Source: Desulfomonilia bacterium
GTDB taxonomy: Bacteria; Desulfobacterota; Desulfomonilia; UBA1062
Length of the DNA: 64,000 nt
Assembly (NCBI GenBank): GCA_963664325.2
Contig: CAXXDQ010000007.1
Location: 512,001 to 576,000, forward strand
Reading direction: 5' to 3'
Each line of letters opens with the position of its first letter. Within the stretch, counting starts at the first letter, position 1. The notes beneath the pieces were generated by a model, which saw only the letters and a list, made by a program, of their open reading frames with translations, was not told the DNA's origin and did not search any database. Shown here one piece after another: positions 38,356 through 48,815 of this stretch. The translations under genes were made by a program, and so were the position numbers.

Positions 38356-39415
38356 CTATATCCATTTCTTTTTTCTGAAATACAATAACATTACAGCGGC
38401 TACGGCAATCATCAGGACCCAGATGGCAGGATAACCCCAATGCCATTTGAGTTCGGGCATGTTGGCGAAATTCATGCCGTAAATGCCGACAATGAATGTC
38501 AGGGGAATGAATATTGTTGCGAATATCGTCAGCACTTTCATCACATCATTCATCTTGATGCTCAGGCTGGAAAGGTATGCGTCCCTGATATCCGTAACAA
38601 TCTCCCTGAACGTTTCCACAATATCCATCGCCTGAAGGAGGTGGTCCGTCAGATCCCTTAAAAACCGGTGCGTACCCTCACTGACAAGCGATGGCATATC
38701 CCTTAGGAGCCTTGTAATAATCTCCCTGAGCGGCCATATTCCCTTTCTGAGACGCAGTATATCGTTTCTCAACGAGTTTATCTTTCTGGATATGCTGTCG
38801 TCGGGGTGTGTTAATGCGGCGTCTTCAACATGCTCGATTTCCGCTTCGATATCCTCAAGCACAACAAAATAATTATCAACAATGTTGTCGATCAGGGCAT
38901 AGGCAAGGTAATCGCTACCCTCTTTCCTTATCATCCCCTTATCCGAACGGAGCCTGTCTTTTACCATTTCAAACGGGTCACGGCCTCCTTCCTGGAAGGT
39001 CAGGACATAATCCTTCCCGAGCACCAGGCTAATCTGCTCATGATCGATCTGACCTTCACCTGCGAACCAGAATGATTGCGTCCATTACAATGAAAACATA
39101 GTTGTCCTGATCATCAATCTTGGGACGCTGGCCTGTTGTCAGGATGTCTTCTATAAGCAGGGTATGGAGTCCATAATGGCCGGCTACTTTTTCAATGAGA
39201 CCCACATCCTGAAGCCCCCGTACATCAATCCAGCGCTTTGAGCCTTCAGGCCGGGGCTGTTCATCGTATCCAGCAGGGTGGATTTCGCTTATCCTGTCTT
39301 CGGTATAATCGAAAACCGTTACAACCGGCACATCAAGCCTTTTCTTCCCGATATGCCTGAGCGTACCAGGCGGCAGTCCTGCCTTGGTCGATACGTTCTT
39401 TGAGAATCTAGTCAT
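38356..39415 (-). pseudogene. corA: Mg/Co transporter CorA split by a single frameshift near 39070
   Basis: 5' ORF has GLPPGTL and EDILTTGQRPK; the second frame continues GEGQIDHEQISLVLG...GIYGMNF..MPEL. Removing 1 nt from the 1060-nt span gives 352 aa. Confidence 0.85.
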
Positions 39416-39464
39416 GCTTAACAATCATTATATCTTAATTCTTATGGATACGGACCGGAAAATT

Positions 39465-40550
39465 TCAGCCCATCATCACTTTCATGAATCCATCTATCTT
39501 GCCCTTTTCGGTTGCGACCCTGATGCCCATATCCTGTACTGTTTCAGGAATGTCTGGTTCCACCTGGCGCTTCCTGAGCGAGATCGCACTCACTAAACAG
39601 GTTGAAACGCAAAGCCCGCATCCGATGCACCTGTTCTCATCAATTGCCGATGAAGCATCATCGACCTTGATCGCTCCCATGGGGCAGCGGTCCAGGCACA
39701 TGCCGCAGCCGGTGCATTCATCAGCATCAAGAACTGCAAGGTAGGAGCTTGAATAAAATGCGTGCGGATGTTTGAGCTGCGTCATACCCCTCATGATCGT
39801 GCAGCAGCACGGGCAGCAGTTACAGATGAAATAAGTCCTGTTTTTCGTATTGCCGCTCATATGGACAAGGCCTGCATCCTCGCTCCGGTCAAGGGCCTTG
39901 AACGCCTCTTCCCTGGATATTTCCCGCGCAAAACCTTTTTCGACAAGGAATCTTCCGCCCGCGTCAAATATCAGGCATACATCTTTGGGCTTGTCACATT
40001 TTGCAACGCTCACCCTGCAGGCGCAATCCGCCAAGGCAAAATAGTCGGCCTGTGATATGAACCGCTTCACTTCTTCATAAGGATGAATCTGTGATAGTGA
40101 CTTAACGGAACTCTCGACCGGAATCACCCTGGCCAGGGGGGTCGGGTTGCCGGAAAACCCGTTGCTCAGACACTCTGCATGGTAGTTTTCCCACAGCCGC
40201 GCCAGTTTCTTCAGTTCAGGGCCTGCCATGCCCTTCATGAACGGGAATTCGAATAACCCCGGGATTGTCGGCAGCAGCGCATAGGTTTTAACCCCTTTGC
40301 TTACCTTTGAGAAAAGGAGCGCCTTTGATGAAAGGGCGTCCAGCGCCTTCTCAACCTTTTGAGCATCAAGACCGGAGTCCTTTGTTATCTCATCTGCTGT
40401 TTTCGCCCTGAAGCTCATACGGCATAAGATTTCCGCCTCTTCAGGGGTATAATAAATCCTCAATATCTCATCAAAATACCTTGATGCCGGGGCACCTGAT
40501 GGATGGGTATCAAGAATCTGCCTCAACTTTTCGTAACTGTCATTGACCAT
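39465..40550 (-). CDS. HTH + Cys-rich + 2x[4Fe-4S] ferredoxin-domain protein
   Basis: CACR, CDKPKDVC, ICNCCPCCC, CTGCGMCLDRCP and CIGCGLCVSTC. Confidence 0.85.
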   Translation of the reverse strand: MVNDSYEKLRQILDTHPSGAPASRYFDEILRIYYTPEEAEILCRMSFRAKTADEITKDSGLDAQKVEKALDALSSKALLFSKVSKGVKTYALLPTIPGLFEFPFMKGMAGPELKKLARLWENYHAECLSNGFSGNPTPLARVIPVESSVKSLSQIHPYEEVKRFISQADYFALADCACRVSVAKCDKPKDVCLIFDAGGRFLVEKGFAREISREEAFKALDRSEDAGLVHMSGNTKNRTYFICNCCPCCCTIMRGMTQLKHPHAFYSSSYLAVLDADECTGCGMCLDRCPMGAIKVDDASSAIDENRCIGCGLCVSTCLVSAISLRKRQVEPDIPETVQDMGIRVATEKGKIDGFMKVMMG

Positions 40551-40565
40551 CTTCTCCTCCTGTTT

Positions 40566-42890
40566 CTATCTTTCAATAACCGAAGGTGCGCCAAGAATGC
40601 ATTTTTCCACCGAAATTCCATCAATCGCCACATCGGAATCCTCCAGTATGAACGCTGCCCTCAGGTCCGGCAGAATATATCTCACATTTACATTCTTCAA
40701 CTCAACACCTATGGCTCGCCTTATGAAAAACGCATAAGCCGGCTGCAGTCCGGGGACAATGAATACCGGATCCGGATAAACCCCGTCCGATTCATGGACA
40801 TCCGGGATTTGCCTGTAGGACTGCCATCTTGCCCCTCCGCCAAGGCAGGTGATGTCTATGTTCTCAAGAACGATATCCGGTCCGATAATGCCGCCCTCGA
40901 CAGCCGCGATGATCGATGCGCCGAACCCCAATCCGCCCGAGGCTGTGATATTGCTAATCCTAACGTTCCTGACCGAGCCGATCGTTGCCGCCTCCGGCGT
41001 CCTCAGTCTGTCGCCCACTCTTATGAATATGGGGTAGTTCGCGTTTTCTATAATTATGTTGTCCCCGGTTATTCCGTCAAGCGTCCCGCCGTCGACCGAT
41101 ATCATGGATATTCCCGCAAACGAAGGGAAACCTGTAAGGTTCTTCACATAGCAGTTCTTGATAACAACGTTTCTGAACTCTCCCACCGATTCAGTGCCGA
41201 TCTTGAGCGCATTTACAAACGAAGAGACCAGGCAGTCCTTTACCGTAAGGTTCTCCACGTTTTCTTTCCTTCCCAGGATGTATGAGCTTTTGATTGCTAT
41301 TGAATCATCGATGCTCTTTATTTCGCAACCGGTTATCGTTACATTCTTCGAACACACAGGGTCGATTCCGTCCACTCTGACCTCGCGGGTCTTATAACCT
41401 TCTACAAGGACATTTTCGCAACCGGCAAAATATAGGGCCTCGTCGGCGGCATGCGTTACCGTCAGGTCTTTAATCAGCACGTTTCTGCATTCTCTCAATC
41501 CGACAGGTTTGGCCCCACGCTGCAGAATCTTCTCAGTGAACTGGTATGCAACAGTGCTGATGATCCAGCACCAGGGCGGCGGCGGTGTCGTGTCGAGCAA
41601 GGGCAGGCTCTCGAATGCATCGTTGCCGTCTATTGCGCCAGGGCCGATTATCGCTATGTTCTCAAGATTTTCGCCCCAGAATATGCTGTGATGGACATGG
41701 CTTTGCGATATGTCCTGATATGCATCCCATGGGTTAGGTTCACGCGGGTCATACTTGTCCATATCCCTGGTTCCCTTGACTACAGCTCCCTTGAGCAGCC
41801 TTATCGTTACTCCGCTTTTAAGATGAACGGAAGCGCACATGTAGGTCCCGGCAGGAAATATGACTTCGCCGCCTGCCTCGGCGCAGGCGTCAACAGCCGA
41901 CTGGATTGCTACCGTGTCGAGTGTCACCCCGTCTGCCTTTGCCCCGTAGTCAATTACATTGAAAGCCTTCCCTTCTGCTGAAACTTCATGCTGCACCGTA
42001 TCAGACGGCATTAAGGAATAACTGCATTTAGGCCCTGCCAGCGAACTTCCGGATAATATCTTTGCGCCCCTGCTGTCCAACGCCTCCCAGGTTTCCTTAT
42101 ATTCTTCCTGAGCAAATTTCCACACACCGGAACTGTTTTCGATAATTTTGAAGCCTGAACGGATAATATTCACCATGCACTGCTTTTCCGAATCTTCCGG
42201 CCAGAATTCCTCTTTGGTCGCTATCCACTCTTTCCCGTTCGCATTGAAATACCGGACTATGCCAGAGCCTCTGATTTCCAGCCTGTATTCAATCTTTATC
42301 TTTCCGGTCTCAACCTCCGAAGCCTCGCCCGTCAGTGATGCCCTGGCCTCGGCTTCCAGCTCAGGCATTCCGGCGAGTTTTCCTCTTGGAGAAAACAGCG
42401 CAGTAACATCCGATTTCATAATATTTACCTGAGCGCTGCTTTGAATCTTACCGGTTGACCCTTGATACCACATTAGGGGTTCCGTAAATTTGATACTGAC
42501 GATTTCCCGCCCCCCCGGTTTGTCAAAGTACTGCCATCCAAGCTCTGAACAGGCGTCAATTTTTTCTACAATGTATTCGCTCATGCCGGTTTCAAGCCTG
42601 CCGCCAAACGCCTCAATGAAACTATCGTTAAAATCAAAGCCATCTTTTATCTTAAGAAGACTTGAATCATAGCGCCTGGCAGCGACTCCGGCCGCCCAGG
42701 GCGCTTCTGTTTCCCCTGCATTGGTTTTTTTAACCTCGAATGTCAAATCATCTGCATTCAGGATATAGGCCTCGGTGTGAACAGCTTCGGATCTGGCAGC
42801 ATTCGTCGTTTCATTGATTTTTCTGCATGCAGGTAGCAGCAGAGACAGGCAAAGGATGATGACCAATGATGTTCCAATGCGCATTTTCAT
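40566..42890 (-). CDS. lipoprotein: unknown N-terminal domain plus GH28-like beta-helix glycoside hydrolase
   Basis: Lipobox LLPAC; FNVIDYGAKADG..LDT.AIQ, DGIDP, DDSIAIKS and ALKIGTES. Confidence 0.8.
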   Translation of the reverse strand: MKMRIGTSLVIILCLSLLLPACRKINETTNAARSEAVHTEAYILNADDLTFEVKKTNAGETEAPWAAGVAARRYDSSLLKIKDGFDFNDSFIEAFGGRLETGMSEYIVEKIDACSELGWQYFDKPGGREIVSIKFTEPLMWYQGSTGKIQSSAQVNIMKSDVTALFSPRGKLAGMPELEAEARASLTGEASEVETGKIKIEYRLEIRGSGIVRYFNANGKEWIATKEEFWPEDSEKQCMVNIIRSGFKIIENSSGVWKFAQEEYKETWEALDSRGAKILSGSSLAGPKCSYSLMPSDTVQHEVSAEGKAFNVIDYGAKADGVTLDTVAIQSAVDACAEAGGEVIFPAGTYMCASVHLKSGVTIRLLKGAVVKGTRDMDKYDPREPNPWDAYQDISQSHVHHSIFWGENLENIAIIGPGAIDGNDAFESLPLLDTTPPPPWCWIISTVAYQFTEKILQRGAKPVGLRECRNVLIKDLTVTHAADEALYFAGCENVLVEGYKTREVRVDGIDPVCSKNVTITGCEIKSIDDSIAIKSSYILGRKENVENLTVKDCLVSSFVNALKIGTESVGEFRNVVIKNCYVKNLTGFPSFAGISMISVDGGTLDGITGDNIIIENANYPIFIRVGDRLRTPEAATIGSVRNVRISNITASGGLGFGASIIAAVEGGIIGPDIVLENIDITCLGGGARWQSYRQIPDVHESDGVYPDPVFIVPGLQPAYAFFIRRAIGVELKNVNVRYILPDLRAAFILEDSDVAIDGISVEKCILGAPSVIER

Positions 42891-42978
42891 TTCTATCCCC
42901 CTCATATGAAACATTATAAGAAAGCCTGATTAAATAGTAACGTCAGCCGTACCGGGAGTCAATGACGATGACATCCTG

Positions 42979-43947
42979 CTATATCTTGAACACCCTGTCC
43001 TCGGTGATTATCGCAGTGATTAGCCGGTGGGGCGTTACATCGAAAGCCGGGTTGTAAGCAGGAACATCGGCAGAGACCTGAACCCCGCCGTATTGCCTTA
43101 CTTCAGACTCGTCCCTTTCTTCTATAGGAATCATCTCTCCCGAAGGGCAGTCCGGGTCGAATGTAGACATCGGTGCCGCAATATAAAAAGGTATATTGTG
43201 AGAACGGGCAAGAACCGCAACGCTATAGGTCCCGATCTTGTTTGCCGCATCAAGGTTTTTGGCTATCCTGTCCGCTCCTGTTATGACGGCATCAATTGTT
43301 TTCTGTTTCATGAGCCAGCCGGCCATGTTGTCTGTTATAAGCGTGACAGGGATATTATCGGCCTTGAGTTCATAAGCGGTGAGCCTTCCACCCTGCAGAA
43401 GAGGCCTTGTCTCATCGGCATAAACCATCTTCAGCTGGTTTCTTTCATTGAGCTCTCTTATAACCCCAAGCGCTGTCCCGATTCCGCCTGTTGCAAGAGA
43501 TCCAGCATTGCAGTGCGTAAGAATGGAAAGATCCTTTTTCCCGGCAAACAGATCGGCGCCATGCTTTGCCATCTCCCTGTTAGCCCTTGCCTCCTCAACC
43601 CAGATGGCTTCGGCCTCTTTTTTCGCCGTCTTGAAGGCCCCGGCCGATTTGTCCTTGCCGATTACATTAATTACCCTTTTTACCGCCCAAGAAAGATTAA
43701 CCGCCGTGGGTCGGGATGATATTAAAATATCGGCCGCTTTTCCAAGATCATTGCCTGCCTGCGCGGCAAGAACCAGACCGTATGCAGCAGCGATGCCTAT
43801 TGCAGGAGCGCCTCTCACCGTGAGCGTCCTTATTGCCCCGGCCACGTCATCAACACTCGTGCATTTTATCCAGACCTCCTCCTGCGGAAGTTTTCTCTGG
43901 TCGAGAATAAAAAAAGAGGTCCCGTCAAAATAAAAAGGCCTGATCAT
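42979..43947 (-). CDS. mtnA: methylthioribose-1-phosphate isomerase
   Basis: LDQRKLP, VRGAPAIG, SRPTAVNL, THCNAG, ETRPLLQG, NKIGTY and NPAFDVTP. Confidence 0.96.
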   Translation of the reverse strand: MIRPFYFDGTSFFILDQRKLPQEEVWIKCTSVDDVAGAIRTLTVRGAPAIGIAAAYGLVLAAQAGNDLGKAADILISSRPTAVNLSWAVKRVINVIGKDKSAGAFKTAKKEAEAIWVEEARANREMAKHGADLFAGKKDLSILTHCNAGSLATGGIGTALGVIRELNERNQLKMVYADETRPLLQGGRLTAYELKADNIPVTLITDNMAGWLMKQKTIDAVITGADRIAKNLDAANKIGTYSVAVLARSHNIPFYIAAPMSTFDPDCPSGEMIPIEERDESEVRQYGGVQVSADVPAYNPAFDVTPHRLITAIITEDRVFKI

Positions 43948-44238
43948 TTTCTTGTCTGTTCCTTCAGCATTTTATCCGCATGTACAGGTTCACGGTTCTT
44001 ATCATTGTATTAATCCAAGCCTTGCATAAACAACCAGGCTCCACAATCACAAAATCTATAATACAAACGTTTTCATGTTACAAACAAGATGATAAAAAAT
44101 AAAATTTCCGATTTACCGCATTTAATATTTATTAATTAAAAAACCGATTTCTTTGTCTTATTCCCTTGATTCCAAATCAAACACTATTATAATTATTTTG
44201 CTCTTTAATAAGACAAAAAAATTTGATGGGAGGTTGTA

Positions 44239-46059
44239 ATGGCAAATTACCAGGAAACTTCAATGGCGGCAATTTTCCAGAATCGTTTGGAGAAATGGGG
44301 CGATAATGTCATATGCGCCTATAAGAACGACAAGGGAGTATACGAGGATATTACCTGGAAGCAGATGAATGAAATGGTGCTTGATCTTGCGGGTTATCTT
44401 CTTACAAAAGGGATAAACATACAGGACAAGGTGGCATTGTTTTCTCCCAACCTGTATCAATGGTGGGTATCGGACCTCGCGATTCTTTCCACAGGTGCAG
44501 TCAATGTGCCTATTTATGCAACAAACTCTGCCGAAGAAGCACGTTACGTCATTGACAATTCAGATTCAAAATTAGCCATATGCGGAACAAAAGCGCATTT
44601 GAAAAAAGTCCTCGAGGTAAAACCGAAGCTTCCGAATCTGACGGACATCATATGCATAGAGGACTTGGATAAACCCATTGATGGAGTAGTAACATACAAG
44701 GAAGCACTAAAAATCGGCGCTGCCGCAAAGAACAGGGAAGACATCTATAAAAGGATCAAGTCAATAAAATCCGAGGATATAGCCACTCTAATATACACCT
44801 CCGGCACTACCGGAAACCCTAAAGGCGTCATGCTTACCCATAACAATTTCGTAAGCAACAGCAACCAGTGCTATGATGTTGCACCTCATCTGTTCGAGCA
44901 TGATCATACACTTTTGTCTTTCCTCCCTCTGTCGCATTCTCTCGAACGTACAGTTGGTTATTACCTGCCCTTATATACAGGCAAAAAAGTTGTTTTTGCC
45001 GGCGATGTCTCGAAGATACTGGAATTCTTCCAGGAAGTAAGGCCGACATTCATTGTAAGCGTTCCCAGGATTTATGAAAAGGTGCATGCAGGCATAGTAT
45101 CAAAGATGAGCGCCGAAAAACCCATCAAGCAAAAGCTGTTCGCCTGGGCCATGGATGTGGCAAAGAGGAACCTCCCGTATATTTGCAATGAGCAGCCCAG
45201 GACAGGCTTCTTTGCTATCGAATATGCAATCGCCAATAAAATAATATTCTCCAAACTCAAGGAAAAACTTGGCCTTGACAAACTGCAGTTCGCACTTTCA
45301 GGCGGCGGACCTCTCTCGGTTTCCGATGCCGAATTCTTCCTCGGGATGGGTATAAAGGTCCTCGAGGGTTTCGGCCTTACAGAAACAACACCGGTAACAA
45401 ACGCCAACAGGCCAGATAAGATAAAGCCGGGAACAGTAGGAGCCCCGCTCAGGGATACGATTGTGAAGATATCTGAAGAGGGTGAAGTCCTTATCAAGGG
45501 CCCGCAGGTCATGAAAGGATATTATAAGAATGAAGAAGCGACAAAAGAGGCCTTTACCGATGACGGGTTCTTCCGCACCGGTGATATAGGAGTGGTCGAC
45601 AGCGATAATTATCTGAAAATTACCGGCCGTATAAAAGACCTTATCATAACATCCGGCGGTAAGAACATATCGCCGCAGAATATCGAAAACAGCCTTAAGG
45701 CTTCCCGCTATATCGAGCAGGTTGCAGTTATAGGCGATAACAGAAAATACCTCTCGGCGCTTGTTGTCCCGGCATTTACAGAACTTGAAAACTGGGCAAG
45801 GACAAATAATATCGCATTCACAAGCAGGAAAGACCTTATCGACAATCCAGAAGTCAACAAGCTTATGCTCTCGGAGATCGAAGCCAACATGAAGGATTAC
45901 GCCAGGGTCGAACAGATCAGAAAAATCAAACTCCTCGAAAATGAATGGTCCCAGCAGACCGAGGAGCTGACTCCCACGCTCAAGCTCAAGAGAAAGGTCA
46001 TCAACCAGAAATTCGCTGCTGAAATTGAAAGCCTGTATCCGCCGGACGCAGGGGCATAA
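44239..46059 (+). CDS. long-chain fatty acid-CoA ligase
   Basis: YTSGTTGNPKG, EGFGLTET, TGDIG and ELTPTLKLKR; paralogue of the gene at 15444. Confidence 0.93.
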   Translation: MANYQETSMAAIFQNRLEKWGDNVICAYKNDKGVYEDITWKQMNEMVLDLAGYLLTKGINIQDKVALFSPNLYQWWVSDLAILSTGAVNVPIYATNSAEEARYVIDNSDSKLAICGTKAHLKKVLEVKPKLPNLTDIICIEDLDKPIDGVVTYKEALKIGAAAKNREDIYKRIKSIKSEDIATLIYTSGTTGNPKGVMLTHNNFVSNSNQCYDVAPHLFEHDHTLLSFLPLSHSLERTVGYYLPLYTGKKVVFAGDVSKILEFFQEVRPTFIVSVPRIYEKVHAGIVSKMSAEKPIKQKLFAWAMDVAKRNLPYICNEQPRTGFFAIEYAIANKIIFSKLKEKLGLDKLQFALSGGGPLSVSDAEFFLGMGIKVLEGFGLTETTPVTNANRPDKIKPGTVGAPLRDTIVKISEEGEVLIKGPQVMKGYYKNEEATKEAFTDDGFFRTGDIGVVDSDNYLKITGRIKDLIITSGGKNISPQNIENSLKASRYIEQVAVIGDNRKYLSALVVPAFTELENWARTNNIAFTSRKDLIDNPEVNKLMLSEIEANMKDYARVEQIRKIKLLENEWSQQTEELTPTLKLKRKVINQKFAAEIESLYPPDAGA

Positions 46060-46076
46060 CCGATAGCGTCTACTGT

Positions 46077-46112
46077 AAGGGGGGAGCGGATATTTAAGTC
46101 TGTTCCCTCCTT
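46077..46112 (+). terminator. hairpin after the acyl-CoA ligase
   Basis: AAGGGGGGAGCGGA-N8-TCTGTTCCCTCCTT, 14 bp with G-U pairs. Confidence 0.55.
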
Positions 46113-46205
46113 AAATTTTCAAACCTTCAGAATCACACTTGAAAAATATTTTATATGGAGATAAATAATCACTCATCAATTAAACCTTCGGAGGAGGAAA
46201 CAATA

Positions 46206-46895
46206 ATGAAAAGACTTATTACACTGGCACTCGTGTTTTTGTTTACAATTCCTTTTACTCTTTCAGCTGAAAGCATAGCAAAACTGAAAGCAGACGCAGA
46301 CGCGGCAACAAAGGCTGCCCTTGCAGCTCCTTCTGATTATGCTGCAAACTGGAAAGCGGCAAAAGCATGGAGAGATTACGGTGATGAATGCGTTAAAACT
46401 GAGGCTGCCGGCTGGAAGGAAATAGCAAAGAAGGCGGGCAAAGAAGGAATGAAGTTCGGTGAAATCGCTCAGAAGAACAACCCGAAAGGAATTGAAGGCT
46501 GGTACTATTACGGCCTGTGTGTCGGCACATATTCAGACGGAGTAAGCATAATCACAGCACTCAAGGAAGGCCTTAAAGGAAAAACACAGACAGCCTTTGA
46601 AAAATCATACGCATTGAACAAGGCATTCGACGACTGCGGTCCCATACTTTCTCTTGGCCGGTTCTGGCAGGTTCTTCCCTGGCCGATGAACGACAAGAAA
46701 AAGGCCCTTGAACTTTTCAATGAATATGTTGCCAAAATGGGCGCCAGCAAAGATTGCAGTAACGACGTATGGTACTTCCGCGGCTCACTTTACAAGGAAA
46801 TGGGCAAAAAAGCCGAAGCAAAGGCGGATCTTGAGAAGGCCGCCGCAGGAGAGGGCAACAAGGACGCAAAGAAGCTTCTTGCAGAGATGAAGTAA
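46206..46895 (+). CDS. exported TPR-like helical protein
   Basis: GGAGGAGG RBS, signal peptide, TPR-like units (NPKGIEGWYYYG, LGRFWQVLPWP, WYFRGSLY...AKADLEKA). Confidence 0.75.
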   Translation: MKRLITLALVFLFTIPFTLSAESIAKLKADADAATKAALAAPSDYAANWKAAKAWRDYGDECVKTEAAGWKEIAKKAGKEGMKFGEIAQKNNPKGIEGWYYYGLCVGTYSDGVSIITALKEGLKGKTQTAFEKSYALNKAFDDCGPILSLGRFWQVLPWPMNDKKKALELFNEYVAKMGASKDCSNDVWYFRGSLYKEMGKKAEAKADLEKAAAGEGNKDAKKLLAEMK

Positions 46896-46916
46896 AATCC
46901 GATTCGTCAGAGACTC

Positions 46917-46952
46917 AACAAAAGGCGCCTTATCGGGCGTCTTTTGTTTTTT
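46917..46952. terminator. bidirectional rho-independent terminator
   Basis: AACAAAAGGCGCC-loop-GGCGTCTTTTGTT followed by TTTT, between convergent genes. Confidence 0.8.
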
Positions 46953-46990
46953 AAATCCTGCTTGAATATGAATTTGGGTTGAGGGGGACA

Positions 46991-48814
46991 TTATTCAGCC
47001 GGAGTTAAGGTCATGCGGCACCTGCTGCAATCGAAGCCCAGGACATAAGCCCTGCCTGAATTCTCAATTACAAGCGGTTCGGAAAAGGTCGTGTGATTTT
47101 TCAGTTTCGGACATGCATTCAATTCCTTTCTCAGGCAAAGTCTGGCATTCACAACCACAGGGGCTGACAAGGGCCTTGATATCTCAAATGCTGGTTCAAT
47201 ACCGGTTACGCCATGAGCAATATAAAACCTTTTTGAGGCCTTATTGCTGACATTATATGTATAGTCCAGGTTGCTTCCAGGATACACGGCATCGGGATGT
47301 TTGGCTGGCCCTCTGAGCGGCCGCTTATATTCTTCAATTCTCAGCTTTTCCATCATATAAGCAAGCTCTCGGCGCATGGCATTCAGCTGTGCCGAAGTGA
47401 GAAAATATCCCTCTGATTTTATCTTTATTGATCCGGGGTTGAAAATACTCCCGCCGAGTTTCAAGAGCTGTTTTCTAATAAATTCAGCCACTGCTTCCGG
47501 TTTTCTGGCCGGCTGTTTTTCAATGTTCAACTTGACTGTGCAGCTTATACCGTCTTCATCTGTGCCGGACAGTTCAAAGCCGTCAGAGGTTTCCCTGAAA
47601 ACAAGGTCCAAAGCAATATTCCTGCTTGATGTGTCCGTCTCAAGCTGCCTTGAAAATATGCGGTCGTGATTGCGGTAAATCAATGTCCCTTTATTCAATC
47701 CTTCAGGCATGACGTGGACCTGTACCCGGCCTTCACTGACTTTGATCACCTGAAGTCCTTTAAGTTCCATGCCGGTGTCGAAAAAACATAGCCCGTCACC
47801 GTTGTTGATAGCGGTGGAAACCTTGTTGTCGGAGAATTTGAACCAGTTGAAACCTGATTCCCGAACCGTGCCTAGTGGTTCTCCCGTAGATTTGGAAGTG
47901 CCAAGTGAACTGATGTCTTCATTATTAAAATAGGGAGTTGACCCTCTATGAAATGTCTTTCTTGCATCAGGTTCAAAGAAAAAAGCTGTTGCTCCGCTTG
48001 ATGCACGGACAAGGTTTTTCCGGCCGTCTATTATACTGTCAAGCTTTTTCCGGTACAGAGCAGTGATATTCTTTACATACGCGGCATCCTTGAGCCTGCC
48101 CTCAATCTTGAACGATGTAACACCAGCATCAATCATTTCCTCAAGACAGGCGGAGCGGTCCATGTCCTTGAGACTCAGCAGATAACCATAGTCCCTGATC
48201 ATATTGCCATCCGCATCCTTCAACCTCCAGGCAAGACGGCACGGCTGGGCGCACATTCCGCGATTGGCGCTCCTGTTTCCTATCGAGGCGCTCAGGTAAC
48301 ATCTTCCGCTTAAGCCCACGCACAGCGATCCATGAACGAATGCCTCGAGTTCAATTGCGGTCTTCTCGGAGATTTTTCCAATCTGCCCGACACTGAGCTC
48401 ACGGGCAAGGATTACCCGCATGAAGCCAACATTTTCAAGAAACCTGATATGTTCTATATCGCTGTTGTTCATCTGCGTGCTTGCAATTAGAGGTATCGGT
48501 GGCAGGTTCATTTCGAGGTATGCCATATCCTGTATGATCAGTGCATCAATGCCAGCTCCCCATGCATCACGGGCAAGCCTTTCCGCATCTTCAAGTTCGT
48601 CGTCAAAAAGAATCGTGTTAAGTGTAAGATAAACCCTTGCCCAGTATCTGTGAGCATGGCGTGCGAGTTTTTCTATTTCCTGGAGACTGTTTGATGCCGC
48701 TGAGCGAGCCCCGTATGAAGGTCCCCCGATATAGACCGCATCGGCGCCATGATCAATTGCGGCCTTTCCCGTCTCAAAGTCTCTGGCTGGAGAAAGTAGC
48801 TCAATTTTCTTCAT
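46991..48814 (-). CDS. rlhA: U32 family protein with DUF3656 (RlhA-like RNA hydroxylase)
   Basis: IELLSPA, GADAVYIG, LARELS, FVHGSLC..SGRCYLS...SANRG.CAQPCR and FKIEGRLK. Confidence 0.75.
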   Translation of the reverse strand: MKKIELLSPARDFETGKAAIDHGADAVYIGGPSYGARSAASNSLQEIEKLARHAHRYWARVYLTLNTILFDDELEDAERLARDAWGAGIDALIIQDMAYLEMNLPPIPLIASTQMNNSDIEHIRFLENVGFMRVILARELSVGQIGKISEKTAIELEAFVHGSLCVGLSGRCYLSASIGNRSANRGMCAQPCRLAWRLKDADGNMIRDYGYLLSLKDMDRSACLEEMIDAGVTSFKIEGRLKDAAYVKNITALYRKKLDSIIDGRKNLVRASSGATAFFFEPDARKTFHRGSTPYFNNEDISSLGTSKSTGEPLGTVRESGFNWFKFSDNKVSTAINNGDGLCFFDTGMELKGLQVIKVSEGRVQVHVMPEGLNKGTLIYRNHDRIFSRQLETDTSSRNIALDLVFRETSDGFELSGTDEDGISCTVKLNIEKQPARKPEAVAEFIRKQLLKLGGSIFNPGSIKIKSEGYFLTSAQLNAMRRELAYMMEKLRIEEYKRPLRGPAKHPDAVYPGSNLDYTYNVSNKASKRFYIAHGVTGIEPAFEISRPLSAPVVVNARLCLRKELNACPKLKNHTTFSEPLVIENSGRAYVLGFDCSRCRMTLTPAE

Positions 48815-48815
48815 T

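Noticed and set aside
40503-41285. Long antisense ORFs (260 aa here; also 12737-13384, 43027-43719 and 53965-54618)
   Set aside because: They lie opposite well-supported genes and have no motifs; typical antisense shadows.
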